Below, piece after piece: positions 23,320 to 38,431 of a stretch of DNA of 64,000 nt. Origin of the DNA: Rhizodiscina lignyota (lineage: Eukaryota); the NCBI GenBank assembly GCA_010015805.1, contig ML978122.1:2762453-2826452 (forward strand). The letters are read 5' to 3'. Below the pieces are notes generated by a model that made no database searches, was not told where the DNA came from, and saw only the letters and a program-made list of their open reading frames with translations. Every line of letters starts with the position of its first letter. The first letter of the stretch is position 1. The position numbers and the translations under genes are program-made.

Positions 23320-26300
23320 CTATGCCTCCGCCATCACCTGCTCGCCTTCATCCAACATGTTCATAATCAGCGCTACCTTGCGCACCATCTCATTTGCCTG
23401 GCCAACGAGTAGAAGCTTCTCCGCATTCGATGGAAGACCAAGATATGTTGGAGGCTCGCGCTCAGGCAAATTCTTCACCCAATCCATAAACTCTCTCCAT
23501 CCAGTGCCCGCTGGCAGAGTGAGAACCTGGCTGTTTTCAGCCTGCGCTCCGGTAGGCTGGATGTCCTTGATGATATTGTAGTTCTCCTCGAATGCCGCAG
23601 GTGTCATGAAACCAGTAACCAGCTTGTTGAGGGTTTTGAAGTCACTCTCGTCATCAATCTTTCCGCCATACATCTCAGTCGTCAAAGTGCGAAGCATATC
23701 CCAGGGGATATTCTTCGGAGCAACGTTCGTTCTTCCGCCCGCAACAGATTCAACCCATGTATCAATGATGAAGCTGCAGCACTCGTACTATGAAACATTA
23801 GCATCTGTAGAATAACAAGCAGACTCAAAGAACTTACGTCGCTATCATTGAACTCCCAGAAACCCTTCCATCCGAGCGTTGGAGCATAACGTAGTCTCTC
23901 TTGAATGACCGCATGAAGGAAGCATAACAAGAGGTAGATACGGCCGCGTTCGACAGGCTGCTTGGTTGCTCTTGCAGAGAGAGATGATAGAGAGTCCTTC
24001 ATGTTTGCCCTGATTCCAGCGGGCTGCTCGTACATCAAGACTCGAGATGCTCGAAGTAGGTTGACAGGGATCTTGGGATTCGTCTCCATTGACAAGAACA
24101 AGCGGAAGTCCGGATGTGGTTTGAGCGAGTCGATACGTTTCTCAAGACTCTGAAGCCACTGCGGAGCCAGATGTACGTTCTTGACAATGACCCAGGAGCC
24201 AGTTTGGGCTGCATTACTCACAGCTTTGTCTGCGCTGGCCAGGCCTTCATTCGAACCCATGGCAATGGCTGCACAAGTAGCATGCATCCTTTCGACGAGG
24301 TTATCGACTTTGTAGCTCGCGTCGAAACCTGGACTAGAGCTTAACGCGATCGGAACACCCGCGGATACTTGCTTCACGACATCCTCTAGGTCTCCAGTAA
24401 CATCAAGAATGCCATCTCCAAATACAGAAGTGACGAATCGCTCTGCAGCTGGGACCATGCGATCGACGCGGAAGATCCTGATAAGAATGAGGGAGAGTAG
24501 ACCTTGGTCGAGTGGGCTAGTATCTTCAGGCCATACTTGTGGCACATATTTCTCTGCAAATTCTTGAGTCGAGAACTCGTTCCAGGCTGAAGTTGGGATG
24601 TCGGCGATATGCTCCTTGAAGAGGCGATGCTTCGAAGCTCGCTCCATGACCTCATCAGATCGATGTGGGTGAGTTGAAACATCCACCCCTACGATATCCT
24701 CATCGAGAACAGCATCGATCAGCTGCTTGTCCATCTTGTATGGTGCAGCCTGTGCAAGAAGCATAGCAAAGACGACACGATCTCTCTGTAAGAGAGACAA
24801 CGATGTCCGACGGTAACTGACGGAAAAGAGGTTCTTGAGAATAAAGTCGATCCTCGCGTTGTGGCTTGTTTCTGCGGATCGCCTGGCTTCTCTAAGAACG
24901 TACTCGAAAATGTCGACAAAGAACTGCAGCGAGAATTGATAGAAGTGGTTAATGTGGTGAAGTTGTTCCAGAACAGCAAAAATCGCTGAGCAGGATCGAG
25001 CGATAACGGAGTATTGTTGGGTGACGTTGTCGACCTCTTGCATGACACCTTGTGTCTCTGCTGCCTTAGCATTGATCTCTGCAGCTTCCTTCTTCAGCGT
25101 CTCGAGAGTTTCCATAACGCGGTCATCGTCAAGAATGTTTCCGCGTGATTCGTTAAGAGCCTGAAGCAAGCGCTTCTCGAGATGCCGCAGACGAAGACTG
25201 AATTCACCTTGCATCTTAATCAGGTTGGATCGGCGCTCATCGACATCGGGACGCTCGGACTTGAGTACTTCGTTGAGTGATTGAGTCTGAAGACTGCTCT
25301 GGGTGACTGTGAAGTTGACGAACGTTGTTCGAGAGCATATGTCAGGAGCGAAAGTAGCCGACGGATCGCGAGTAGACAGGAAAAGCTTGAACGATGGCGA
25401 AAAGTCGATCTCTTGTTTGCCAAGCTGGATGAGAACACGACCACCTGTCTTCTGGTACTCCTTGTTAAGGACATGCGTGAGGATAGGATCCAGGTGTTCA
25501 GCATCTTGGATCAAGATTGGATTACCGAAACGCAAAGAGCTCTCCAGCTGCTTCACGAAAGAATCATCCAAGAAGCTAGTGACAGTGAGCCTGCGATCTT
25601 TACATTCATTCTGCAAGAACTCGGTGACACGGCCAGATGGATCGATGATAAGTGGGTATCGGTTGAAGCGCTTGAGGATGATCGCATTCTCAGTGCAGAG
25701 ATCATCGACTGGAAGTGAGTTCTCTTGCCACTTGAGACGTTCGTCTGCTGTCGAAAGGTACTCCGTTACTGGGTTGATTGGCTTGTACTGAATGTTGGAC
25801 AGTGACATATGGTGAAGCCAGTCTTCGGTCATTGCTTTTCTGTATTGCTGATCGTAGAAGCCTCCATATGCAATGAAAGCTGCTGCAACAAGGACGTCGC
25901 CAACAATCGTATCGATTTGAGTCGAAAAGGATCGGCTACTCTCTTCCCAACGTGCGCGCTCGGATGACAAACTGTCAAGGAGCCTCATGCTACGGTCGAC
26001 CTTCGACTGAACGCTGCTCATCTCCGATTTGATGGCCTGAGTTTCGCTGATGAGCGCAGCATATTCGGTCTTGTAAGTAGCAATGCTCTTTTCCAGATTC
26101 TTAATTGTTTCGTCGATGGCCTGCGCCTCTGCCTTGGTCTGTAAAGCCGCTTCTTCAAGCTCTTGAACTTCTTCCCTGAGCGGGCCGACTCTGTCGAGAA
26201 TCTCCGAGTAGGTGACCTGAGCCTCCACCCACTGCACAAGCGGACCGCAGGCTTTGCTGGCCCTGTTAACACGCTCAAACGAGAAGTCGTCCTTGGACAA

Positions 26301-29300
26301 GAATTCATTCCGCATCCTGATACGATGGTTCCTGGTCATCTGTCGCTCATTGTCATAGTTGACGATGCTTGCAATGAAGTCATCCTTTCTTACGATAGCC
26401 TGAATATCCTTCCAATTTGCCACCTTGTGACCAAGAAGAGTGCAAACAGATTCCAATGCTAGCTTAACACCAGACGGAGGATTCTGCATTGATCTGACTT
26501 CAGTAAGATGTTGACGCTTGATATTGCTGACACTCTTCTTTGCCTCTGCGACTGCGGGTTCGGCGTTTGCAAGATCGTTGAGCACAACTTCACGACGGGT
26601 CTCAACTTCCTGCTCCTGCTTTTCGAGCGCAGCTTGGATCTCAAGGGAAGCCGACTTCCGTTGCTCAGCTTCGCGCTGATCAGCAATCATACGTTGCAGC
26701 TTCTCGTTTGCCTCTGCATCCTTCTTCTCGAGTTGACCCTGCTTTGCCGCGAGGCTCTTGCGAAGATCGCTGACTTTGTCCACAGTCTCTCGTAACTTGT
26801 CGAGACCGACGTTGAGATGCCGTTGCTGCTCTTCAAGGTCTTCTCGCTTCTCGTGGTATAGCTTGACGTACTGCGCAACAAAATCAAGGAAGTGGCGAGG
26901 AGTAAGGTATGTGATCTTATTCTGCTGCTTCTGAAGGCGAACGCTGAGTTTCTGCAGTGAATAATGGACATAGACCATAGCATTAACAACTGCATCGCGA
27001 TGGTTGAGTGGTAGGCTGAGCTCGCGATAGACCAACTGTACGCTGTCCGGCGCAGAATAAGATGGCCGATCAAGATCGACGCTCTGTGTAAGCTCAGAAC
27101 CAACCTGGAATAGAGCTTGGTCGGACCAGTCTCCAAACCAGTTGAGGACGCAACGATTGAACAGGGCAGGGCTAGTCGCAGCTTTTGAAGAGAGACCTTC
27201 CTCTGGCGGGTTCATAGTGAAAACAACGTGAAGGTTCTTGACGATTTGCTGTGTAAACCACTTGTAAAGCTCTTCTTGGGAGTCCAGAAGAAGGCCCTGT
27301 CGCTGAGCTCCTTCGCGGCAAGCAGTCATGAGAGTTGCATATTCGTCGCCTTCAAAAAGACCCGGTACTTCAGCATTGGCGAGAAGCGTGTTCATGCGCT
27401 CCAGGAAACCCGAATCAAGGACATTGGACTCGTCCATGATGAAGCAGACCTTCTCACCCTTACAGCCGCAGCGTCGAAGTACATTTCGCAGATCCTCATC
27501 GAAGTCCTCAGCGGAGTATTTGCCGTGGACTTTGATCTGGAAGACCGTAAGGCCATTCATCCAAGCTACGAAACGGGACAATGTCGTCTTGCCACTGCCA
27601 CTGACACCGATCAGGATCAGATGGCCTTGCGGTTGCCGGAAGACACGATCGATGCGGAGAACGTGTTCTAGCACGTCGTTGAACAGGATGAGTGGCACGT
27701 CGAGCTCTTCTTCGCAGAAAGTCTTGAGACGAGCTTTGACGAAGTCGCGGAGTTGCTCCCTCTCCACAGGTACGTAATTCTTCGATAGCCAGTTGGAAAA
27801 CAGTATTGGACCTCCCAAGGCCTTATCTTCATCAATGGTAGGGAAGTGCTCGAGAGCAATCCGCTGCACGCTGTCTTGCGTCCAATTTCGCTCATCCTCG
27901 TCAATGAGACGATCCTGGAAGAGTCGAAGGGCCTCGTGCGCCCAAATGCGGACTAGGCCTTCCAGCGTGAGACTCTCAAGTGGCTTGATAGCCTCATACA
28001 AGCCCCGAACCCACCTAGTCAACTCACGAGGCGAGTAGACATAGTGTGGTTGGATATCCGGTGTGAAGCGCTTCTGCGACTCGGAGTACAACTGCACCAT
28101 GGCCTTCGTAAGAGGCTCGGCATAGCCACGCAAAGCTGGGATGATCTTCAGCACGGCGTTGTTGAACGTGCCGTAGATCTGGTGAAGTGACAATTCGCCC
28201 GGATAGTCGACCATCACGAGAGGCGCATGACGAAGGAATCGGAAGCCCATAGGTGTACGTCCAGCATCTGTAGGAGGGTTGCAAGCGCCGACGAACTGTA
28301 TGCGGTCAAGAGTAACCCAGGTCTTGTCGCTTGTCCTCCAGAAGCCATTCTGTTCAATGAGCTGACGCAAGAATGAAATTGCTCGCTGAGTGCCATAGTG
28401 ATCTGGAGCAGGCAGGTTGATTTCGTCGCAGAAGATGACTAGCCAGCGTCCAATTTGCGACGGTGTGAGCATAACACCATTCAGTGTCTTCTTGTACTCG
28501 CAGTATTGCTCGAAAGTCTTGATCAGTAGATCTGGAGTTGTTGCGCTTGAGAAATTCAAGCCTACGACCTCCATGTTGGGAAGTTTTCGCAGCGCACTGA
28601 ACAATGTCATGGTTTTACCGGAACCTGGAGGACCACAGAGAATGAGTGGTTTGTGCTCTGCGAGCCATGAGTAAAGGATGTCCTCGTGCCGAACGGTGTC
28701 AAGTGTCGGTATGACCACGTCCGTCTGAGTTACTGAATGTGTGTTGACCTCAATAGAAGGCACTTGAGATTGCCACATCGTCCAATCTGCAGTTGGGAGA
28801 GAGACATCAAAGTCAATGAGCGAAGTGCCCTGGCCGAGTGGAGGTACATCAACTGTCGTGAGACCTGCTATGTGATCCCCAAAGAGTTTTCTCTCTGATA
28901 GTGGGCAGTCGCCAGTGAAAGACCAAGTCATCGCTAGAAGCAGCTTCTTCGAGAGGTATGCATCGATCTGTTCAACCTCAAGTGGGAAATCCGGGTGCTG
29001 AATATTGTACTCAAGCAACGAGCGGCAGGCCTTATTAAGCAGCGAGAAGAGAGTCTTCAGTGCACGAATATCGCTATACTCCATAATGTGGCGGAGAGGA
29101 CGGGCTTCAGTGAGAGCCTTATGGACAAGCTGCTCGCTCTGTAGATGGGCTTGGAGGAAATCGGCGGCCTGGCCTTGAACAGTGAGCAGCTTCTGAGGTA
29201 ACTGGCCAGGCGGTACTGTCTCGTCCTCTACATCTTCGAATGGCAGCTGGCGAAGGGCAGAAAGGTAGTTCTCGACCATCATGTCTGTTGTAACCGTATC

Positions 29301-32300
29301 ATCGCTGAACCAAACCATACCACAACGACTGACTGTAGCAAGAGTAGCGTATTTGAGGGTCTCGACTTCGAACATGATGCGAACATTCGCAGGCAGATTG
29401 AGGCGCTCTCCATTCGGCAAGGTGAGCAGCTTGTTATCATCAAGAACACTGTTCAAGTTCTCAACCCATTCGGGATCAACGTCACCATCGAAGACGATCC
29501 AGTGTCTCTTTGTGTCTTCACCACGGAGGTTGTCGACGATCTTTCGCAGGATGCTCGTGAATAAACCGTCTGTCCACTCACGCGTCGTGCTGTCGAGACT
29601 ACCGTACAGGTGCTCTTTGCTCATGACCTTAGGATCGATAACGTGGCAAACACCTTCGACGCCTTCCACCTTCTGCAGCGCCTGGAGGAGAATCCTCCAC
29701 GCACTGGACTTGCCAGAGCCTGAGGAGCCCACCATCATGACACCATGATGTAGGCATTGAATCTGGTAGAGTTGGATGACCTTGGCCATCCAGGAATCGC
29801 TGACCACGAATCGAGATGCAGCAGCAACCTCGCGGATTGCCTTCTTGAGCTCTTCAAGTGGAGCAGGTACGTACTCGACACCAGGGAAGGACTCTGCCTC
29901 GATTGTCTCCATGACTTCAGCATCCTGCCGGATCAACTTGGGTCCCATGGTTTCGCGTAAACTTTGCACAATGATCTGTGGCTCCAGAATGTCGTCATGA
30001 AGGCTCTGATCTCCCTTTGTCGACAGTCTTGCGCGCTTCAGTCCTCCCGAACTAACAAGCACGCTCTTCAGGGCACGTAATCCGAAGTCGTAATGTGCCT
30101 GCTTTGACAAGCTCGCAGCGCATTTATCGAAGAACGGTACGGTTTGCTTGCTGAGCTCCTTTGCCCTTGAGAAGCCCTGTGAGAACAGCATAACTTCTGC
30201 GATAAGTTCCTTGTCGGGCTTGGACATGGCAACACTTCGGAATAGCTTCTTCAAGTTGTCTGGAAGATTAGAACGCCCAGCGTAGCCCGGATTCATGGTG
30301 ACAAAGATTCCAGTATTGTTGTGAACGTGCAAGCTACGACCAACGAGGTCGATTTGAACCTTCTCATCGACTACACCGCGACGCAGACCAAGCTGGATAT
30401 TTTGTATCTGCTGAGACACTGCGGACAAAATGCGCTCTTCGAGACGGTTGAATTCGTCAAAGCAACCCCAAGCGCCGACTTGGCAGATACCAAGGAAGAT
30501 CCGTCCCATGGCTTGGAAGTCAAAGGTATCGTCGCAGCAGAACACTAATGTGAAGCGACCAAGCTGAACACCAAGTGCTTTGACTGACTCTGTCTTACCA
30601 GTACCAGCAGGTCCATATGGCGATCCACCCAGCCTCTGGCAAAGGGCTTGAGTGAGAGTGAGGAAGCATCGGTCTGTGAGCGGTGTTCGAACGAGGCGCT
30701 CCGCCACACCAAGATACTCAAACCCGTAGGGAATGATTGCGTTCGCCATTTTAACCTTCAGCCGATCGAGCAACTCTCCTTCGTTCGCGTACACGTAGCG
30801 CATCTGGAGTTGCCACATGTAGTAGTTGGGTGAGTCGGCGTTTGCAGCTTTCAGCTTGCCAATTACATCGCGTTGATGGACGAATTCGGTGATGAGATGC
30901 TCTGACTTTCGCCTCTGTAATGGTTCCAAGTTTCCAAGTACAGACGAAGCCAGCAACCGAAGCAACTCGACGTGGCGATCATAAAGTGCTCCCAGGGATG
31001 CACCACCTTCTCGAAGCGACTCCTCGACAGATGCAGTCCAACAGCACTGGGTAGCCAGGACGACGATCTGAGCCGGGAAAGCAGACATGTAAGCTTCGAA
31101 AGCCGCTGCATCAAGGGTGTCAGCTTCGACAATTGCCTTGAATTGTTCCGATGCGTCCACCAAGAGTTCGGCAAGAGTGACCTTCATGCTGTGTTCAAGT
31201 GCACCGAGCCACTCATTGACCTTGGGGGTCTTGATGAGAGAAACTTCGCGCTTCATCATAACCTCTTCCCCTTCCTTCGAAACGAAGCCGATAATAGTCG
31301 TGTCTTCAGTCGTGATGAGACCGGCGAGGCCGGCGAACATTTTGCGAAGGTGTTTCGCGACGCGCCCAGTGTCATTGCTGTTGCCAATGATCTCCAGCAA
31401 GTCCTCGTCGCCGACAAAGTAGAAGCGTGGGAAAGATACGCGCTCACGCTCAAGGTATTCTCCCAATGCTTTTTGGATCTTGTTGAGTAGCTCTGCCAAT
31501 CGCTCGAGAGACTTCTGCACTCCTGCAATGCTGAGAACCTCCATGACGAATGGCTGCTTCGCGACCTTCCGCATGACTGAAAGGAACTCATTGTCGATGT
31601 TCTGGAAACGCGAAGATTCCAGCGGGAGCAAATGTTTGATATCAGCATTGCCGGTGAAGACGCCCTCAAGGTAGACCCATTGCCTCTGCACATCTATCCA
31701 AACATCGAACAAGACGTGGACGCGGTTGAGCTTCTCTTCCCAGAGCGACGCATCCTCCTCAAATTCTTTGTAGTAGGGGGAATGTCGCATAGCTTGGAGA
31801 GAGTTCAAGTTCTCGGAGCATTTTGCGAACAAGTCGTCCCAGCCGCGAATCAATCGGCATTTGTTGTGATAATTGACCAGGTCCAGGGAGTAGTTCTGCC
31901 AAGTCTCTTTCACTTGCCGAATGAACTCTTCCAATGCCATCTCACCTTGCGCTTGAGCAATGACATCTCGGATAATGACTTCGTTTGCGCTGAGATTGAG
32001 ATCCCAGACATCGCCAAGCGTCATCGAGAGTTGAGAATAACGCTTTGACGGTTTGAGGGTTTTAAAGATGCGGTTCCAGTGTCTTTCCCTTACAGCCTCA
32101 GATCTCATATCTGCAAGTAGCGGGTTCATCTTCAGTAGCTGGCGCAGCTGGTTCTGTACATGCTCGAATGCCGCGTACTGTCGCATTCGGCTAGGCATCT
32201 CCTTGGTCATTTTAATGAGGTTGTCAAGAGACTGGCGCAACTTGCGTGGCTGAATGCTATTCCACAGAGACTCCCGGAGTTCATTGATGCTGTTCCAGAT

Positions 32301-35300
32301 TGTCCCAAGGGCTGCCCAGACGGACTGGAAGTCTTGTACTTCCTCCAGTAGAGTTGAAAGTGCCGTTTCTGGGCTGGCAGGAAGATCCAAGGCTTCTTTC
32401 GCTTTCGCTACCATCTCAGATTCTGACTGGAGCTGCGTGAGCTTGCTGCTAAAAGATTGGAGAGTCAACGAAGCCTGCTCGTGTGGAATAAGGCCGGAGA
32501 CGGGTTTCTCCTCATTCCATTGCGTACTGATCTCTGTGATCTTTTGGTGAACGAGCTTGTCTTCTGCAACAATCTTTGCACGGAGTGCATCAGTCTGGTC
32601 CTGAACGATCTTTGCCTTGCGCTCAAGGATATCGTTCAAAATAGCCCACTCGTGATCAATCTGGTCGACATGCAGCCAGTCCGCAGGGAATTGATGGCGT
32701 TGTCGTTGAAGCATCGTCTGGCCCTGACGAAACACCTCGACTTCTGGTGTCCAAGCTTTGACCTTCCGCTTCGATTGTTGGACGACAGTAATGAATGCAA
32801 CCGCGTGACCGGTAGTTGAAGCCTCCAGTGACTGGCTCTCCAAATCTTTGCGGGCCTTCTCGATATCTGCGTGGACTTCGACCATACGGGTCCCAAGCTT
32901 CCCCGCAAATCGAACCAATATATCGTGTTGCCATTGGTCGTACTTCGCATTAACCTTCATCTGCACTTGCTCGTAGTCCACGTTTACGTGACCAAATGAT
33001 CTGCTGACTTCAGAGGTGTCAAAAGTTGACCGGCTCTTCCTGATCTCTTGCAGAAGCTGGAGCCATTGCCCTAGGTCGTCTCCAAGGGCGTCGTATACTT
33101 GCTCTGCGCGGAGATCCCAAAGAGATTGAAACTGTAACCACTTCGCAATGTATTCGTTTACATGGCCCAGACGCTCCTCGATGGCGTCGTAGACTCGGGA
33201 CAAGGCTTCCATGCAGCGCACTGGAAGTTCGATATATAGAGACTCGGCCAAAACCTCTGAGTCCTGCACACGATGCTCATATCTTGTAGCCTTGACTGTC
33301 TGTAGGTTGCAGACGATGCCAATCCAAGAATGAAGCTGTTCTAACCATGCAGCTCTCGCGTACTCTAGAGGCGGCTCCAAGAAGATGACTTGGTTGCGCA
33401 TTGAGATTTCCAGTACCAGTTGATTTAGTTTTGGCACGTTGCGCTGCATCGGATCTAGATCTTGGTCGGCGTCCCTACTCCTTGGTCTGTCAAATGATGT
33501 CTCATTACTGGTAAAGACTTCAATCCAGTCGTCGATAGCGCGCTGAAGTCTTGCGGTAAGGATATCCTCGATCTTGCCATTCAGCTCAGAAACCCAATAA
33601 GACAAGTTGACATAGTTCTGGAGGTGAAGCTGATCGACAGAGTTTTGGATTGAGTCGAGCGTTCTCTGGAAGGCTTCCTCGGTGTACGGGCAGGTCTCTA
33701 ATTCCGCCAAGCAATTCTGAATGGTAGAATGCAAAGTGGTAAGAGTCGTAGACTTCTTTTGCAGCTCCTCGACGGCGTGGGCAAACTCTCGCACAAACTG
33801 AACGTGCTTGCTCTCGCCTCGCACTCCACTCGTGTCTCCAGGTGCAAGCGTACCGTGCCGAATATGCAGGTCGTAAGCGTGTACAAAAGACTCCCATCTC
33901 AAATACACGCCTTTGGCGATCAAGGCCCGGACATCATTTCCGTACCCGCTTAAGAGAATGGTAACATCTCCTAGTTCCGTGACGGAGCGTTGCGTCTGAG
34001 CGTAGGTACGAATGCTTTCCATCATACTAACAGCGTACGGGTACACGCGTTTAGCTTCCTTGGAAACATTGTTGATAGCATGTGGGACCTGATAATTTAG
34101 CCACAGCAGATTCCGCACTTCCTTGAAGAGCACGATGATCTGGGGGTCAAAATTAACATTGATCTCAAGCACATTGCCGGCTGCGCGGTTGCGTGTTATC
34201 GTGAAGAGGCGCCCTGATATCGAGAGGTTACGTCGCGCGACGTTCTGATACCAGGACTCGAAAATGGGCCGCGTTTCGAGCTTCTTTCGGAACATGCTGC
34301 TCTCGTTTTGCAACTTCTGTCCCTCTGCGTGGAGGGCCCAGTTCTCGCCAAGAATGTCCTCGACTTTCTTCATGTACGCGTCCAGTTGTCGCTCGATTTG
34401 TCTGGCCCAAATGATTGCGCCAGAAACTGGAGGGATATCTCTAAGGCTTGCCATGGCATGCGCTTCCGATTTACCGTACTGCTGCTTGAACCGCTCATGC
34501 AACTGAAGGATATCATCCTTGACATTGTCGATCAATTGCGTCTGGTACTCGGATATTGCGCTTCGGATCTTGGGTCGCACAAACAGCGCGTTGAACTTGG
34601 AGAAGACTCGGAACATCTCATTGGCGTTCTTCGCTATCGCAAGTCGGTCTCTCAGCCTGGCTATGATCGAATTCTCGACTCGCGCAGTCCGCTCATTGTA
34701 AAGCTCTTCGGCATGCGCCCAGATTTGTGTGCCTTCTGGGGACACGTCCAGGACGTCCACATCTTTAAGCGCAGCATAGGCCTGCGAAACTTCTTCCACA
34801 GCATCAACATCACCAATTTCTTCAACGATGACCGGGCCAGTTCCATTAGCCAATTCTGCAGTGTCCTTTGGTCCTGTTGTTGGGCCTAACACGTTGACAA
34901 TCGTTCGCTGCAGCTGCTCGTGGTTATGCCTGAAGTTGTTGATATATTTTAGGCGATCCTGTGTCTTGATGTGCCTTGCCGTAATGCGGATTGGGATAAA
35001 TCTATCATTTCGCTTCCTCGTAACTTCGCGGGCTACATTGGTGAACTCCTTAACATTGTAATCCCACGCCATCCAGATCTCATCAGCGCTCTTCATGAGT
35101 GTCTGAAACTCGGGGAATTCCAAGTGCATCAAAGATCTGCCGCGCATGAGAGTATGCAGTCTGTCGTCAAGATCGCCAGAGATTGCTTCCACAAGAGGTA
35201 ACGCCCGCTGTACTGGATATGGACTTATGCGCAGCTTCTTGTTCATGTGCACAAAGATTTGGTCGATCGATTCCTTCACCTTCTGCAGAGATGTTGCCGA

Positions 35301-36480
35301 CAACAACTCATCTAGAGGGAACTCGCGCATGAGTTGGTTATAGCGCTGCACAAGATCCATCTTCTCTTTCAGTCCGGTATCCGTGCTAAAGCTGATTGCC
35401 GTACCAAATCGTTTCGCATTCTTCAATACCTCGAGCGTGAGAAGGACGCCACCACTACGCAGCTGACTCTCAATAGAGTCTAGTCTCGCTTCCATGGCCA
35501 ACCAAAAGTTGATCTCTTGTGAGGCAGTTCCTTGCGTTGGGTCCCTCGACGTGTCTGTTATCGTGCGTATCGCCTTGATCCACCCATTGACAGAGGTCTG
35601 TAACTGATTATGGAAGGCCGGATCGTCCGTTAAGGTCTTTGGCTTGATCATGTCGATCGTCAGCTGTTGGCCTTTTGGCTCGGCCTCCTCCACAGCTTCT
35701 TGGATGACCGGATGAAGTGGGAGAGACAAGGCAGGGATCTCGACATTTTGCTGCAGCTGCAAGAGATTCAGTTCCAGCTCTGCAATCTTGCGCTTCGTGC
35801 CAGGTATGCCAGTCCGTGCATCGCTGTCTGCCTTGCTCCAAGTCCGGTTCAGCACGTCGTTGTTCTTTGTCAGGGCCTCAAAGTATGGTCCCAGAGCGTA
35901 GTGAAGATACGTATGCACCACCCCTGATGCAGCAGCGGACGAGCCTTGATTTGCGGCTGCGGCATCTTGACTTGATATACCTGGTAGGTATATGACCTGG
36001 ACTTGTGATGTAATCGGAATTTGAGGGTCTAGTGGCTGCGCATTTGGTTTGAGAATGGCAATGGTAGCAACGCAGGTCGGCGAATTCGAGAGGTCTGAAG
36101 AGAGTGTATAGGTGAAGCGTTGAGAAGGTACTGGTAATCTTTGTCAGTATATAAATTTTGATTGCTTGGGAGATATTAAACTAACATGCTGTACCGTTTG
36201 CGCCGTTGGTGTGTAGTGGCTCGGCCTCAACGTCTTTTCGAACATACAGTGCTGCAGCCTGCGGCTCTGAAGCAAATCGCGAACAACGTTGCAGAGTTTC
36301 TGGCAACTCTGATTGCGACAGAAAGCTCGGATATGCTTCCAAGTCAGACTTTGGAGCTCCTAAGGTGACGGTGATGAGATTCGAGAGATGGTCCACCAAC
36401 ACTTGGGGGTCGAATGTTGGTGGACTGGCAGCGTTGGCGATGCCGTTGGCCCCTGGCGGAGCGACCAGAGGGCCTTCCAT
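23320..36480 (-). CDS. DYN1: Cytoplasmic dynein heavy chain (NudA/Ro-1/Dyn1)
   Basis: Over 4,300 codons in 3 exons (introns ~36185-36132 and ~23837-23788). Four P-loops [24 protein letters not shown] and [16 protein letters not shown]; stalk coiled coil; [17 protein letters not shown]. Confidence 0.99.
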
Positions 36481-38431
36481 AATATTTCACGTTCCTCTCG
36501 CTGACGTAGACATGTGGATGCAACCAGAGCCTCAGAAAAGTCGGACTGAGGTGGTGCAGCGTTCGTTCGTTGTTGAATTCTTGCGTTTCGCCAACTTTCG
36601 CGAGCGTGAGTTATCAAACGCGTCTGGTGTTTTTGCGCTATTCCGTTCAGGCCTTAGCGCCTTCTCGGGCGTTATTTGACGGCTGCAGGGGTCCAACATC
36701 CATGGATGCACTCCTGACCTCTCCTTTTCTCTACATCTTTTAGCCGTCCAATCATAGTTGGCCGTTCAAAACATTTTGGGGTGATTCTCTGGCTCTGTCT
36801 GCCAATTGTTGACTCGTTCATAACCAAACTCGTCTTCTGGTTCACATTCGACAATATCTTTGTCCTCAACTGACAGCAGTGTCACGACCACTCGTCAAGC
36901 TCAGTGGGGCAAACATATGCCTTTTGATGGCGAAGATTACGATTAATGTTTCAGATTCATACGCATAGGCCATTCGAGTGGATATCCCCCATCTTCGTAG
37001 CTGAAGCCTGAAGACACGCGCTTGGGCTCTCTGGGCCCGAATCCGAGCGATTGTCCTTCAACGAGAGTAATGTCCAAGAGCAGACCAGTCTTATTAAGTA
37101 CTGCGATCCATCCGACTAACTTCAACAAATACCATTTTATTGCGAAAAGATTGTACCGCGAAATGAATTGTGCCCTAAGGGTGTTGGAGTACCTTGTAAC
37201 GTACAAGCTAGTGGCATACGAAGAGGTGAAGAAATCGATCCTTAATCCACACTGCTTTTCCGACTAAAACTGCCGAACATTATCTTGTAACCTTTGGTTA
37301 GAGATACGAAGACCATGTGAAGCGAGGATACCGCAAGAGGAAAGACTGAAGCTGAAGAATCGTCAAAAGATATCGTGAAAATTCAATCCTCGTCCGATCC
37401 AGTCCGGTGATCTCATCTAACACACGGACGTAACAGTTGAACTAGAGAGCTACTCAATATAACCCTAAAACGTTCCAATAAAAGAGGACACGTCGTTGAT
37501 CATGTATCCGCCGAAGATTCGAATTATTGTCGATAGCCTAGCATTCTCTAGCCGGCCTGATCAATAAAGTCGGCGTGAAGGTGAGTTGTTCGCGGAGATC
37601 CTTCTTCCGTCCGAACTGTTCAGCAATTTTGAACGCGAACCTGAGAGATGCTCTCTGTTCTCACACATCCTGCGGGCCTGACATGATTTTGATATATCCT
37701 TAGTCATATTGACACTGCCTAACGTTTACATACCCAGAAGTCGGTTCCGATTGTCTGGATACCGCTTCTGTTCCTAACGTGCGCCTCGTCATTTCGCATG
37801 CGAGACCGACTATGTCTTGACGCGGCTGTCCTTCCGTAAAGGATGCACGCAGCATCACCCACGGAGCTGAACTGTGCAAGCTCCGCTCCTATATTCGTCT
37901 ATCGCCCGCATCGGAAAGATTAAATGTCCTATGACTAAGCACGGCAACATTGATGAGCGCTCAACCATGCGGTCGAAAGGATCTTGGTGGCCTTCGTAGT
38001 TTCGTGGACGGGGTTTGGTGGCGCCGTTGCCCTCTTACGGCCGGTGAGGGATGCAAACCCCAGCGCAGCTGCGCACAAGGGTACGTCTCCTGCTGCTCAT
38101 AGGCTTGAATGACCATCGAAATACGGCCGACGCAAACTTTGCTCCCTACGAGATGAAAGGGCTGAGCCTGAAACGGGTAGATGAGCGATCTGGGCGTGCA
38201 TTGCAAGAAGATGTTGCGTACGAGTGAAATGTATATAGAAGGGATGTCTTTCGCCTCGAAAGATGTTCATTCTCAGCCAGCATTGCCTCGAAACAGTAAA
38301 GCAACTACCCAAAGCACAACAACTCTAGCAATCCGACAAATCACGTCCTTAATCACCTTGATAAATTCCTCAAATTTCTACCTATCAGCTTAATCTCATT
38401 TCCTCTCGAACATTTCTCGAAATCTCTTACA

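Noticed and set aside
23962..35995. Dozens of 60-190 aa ORFs within the dynein gene
   Set aside because: Antisense or off-frame shadows of a long GC-balanced CDS; no independent family signal.
36672..37700. Possible decayed gene upstream of dynein
   Set aside because: All frames I read contain multiple stops and no family could be recognised.
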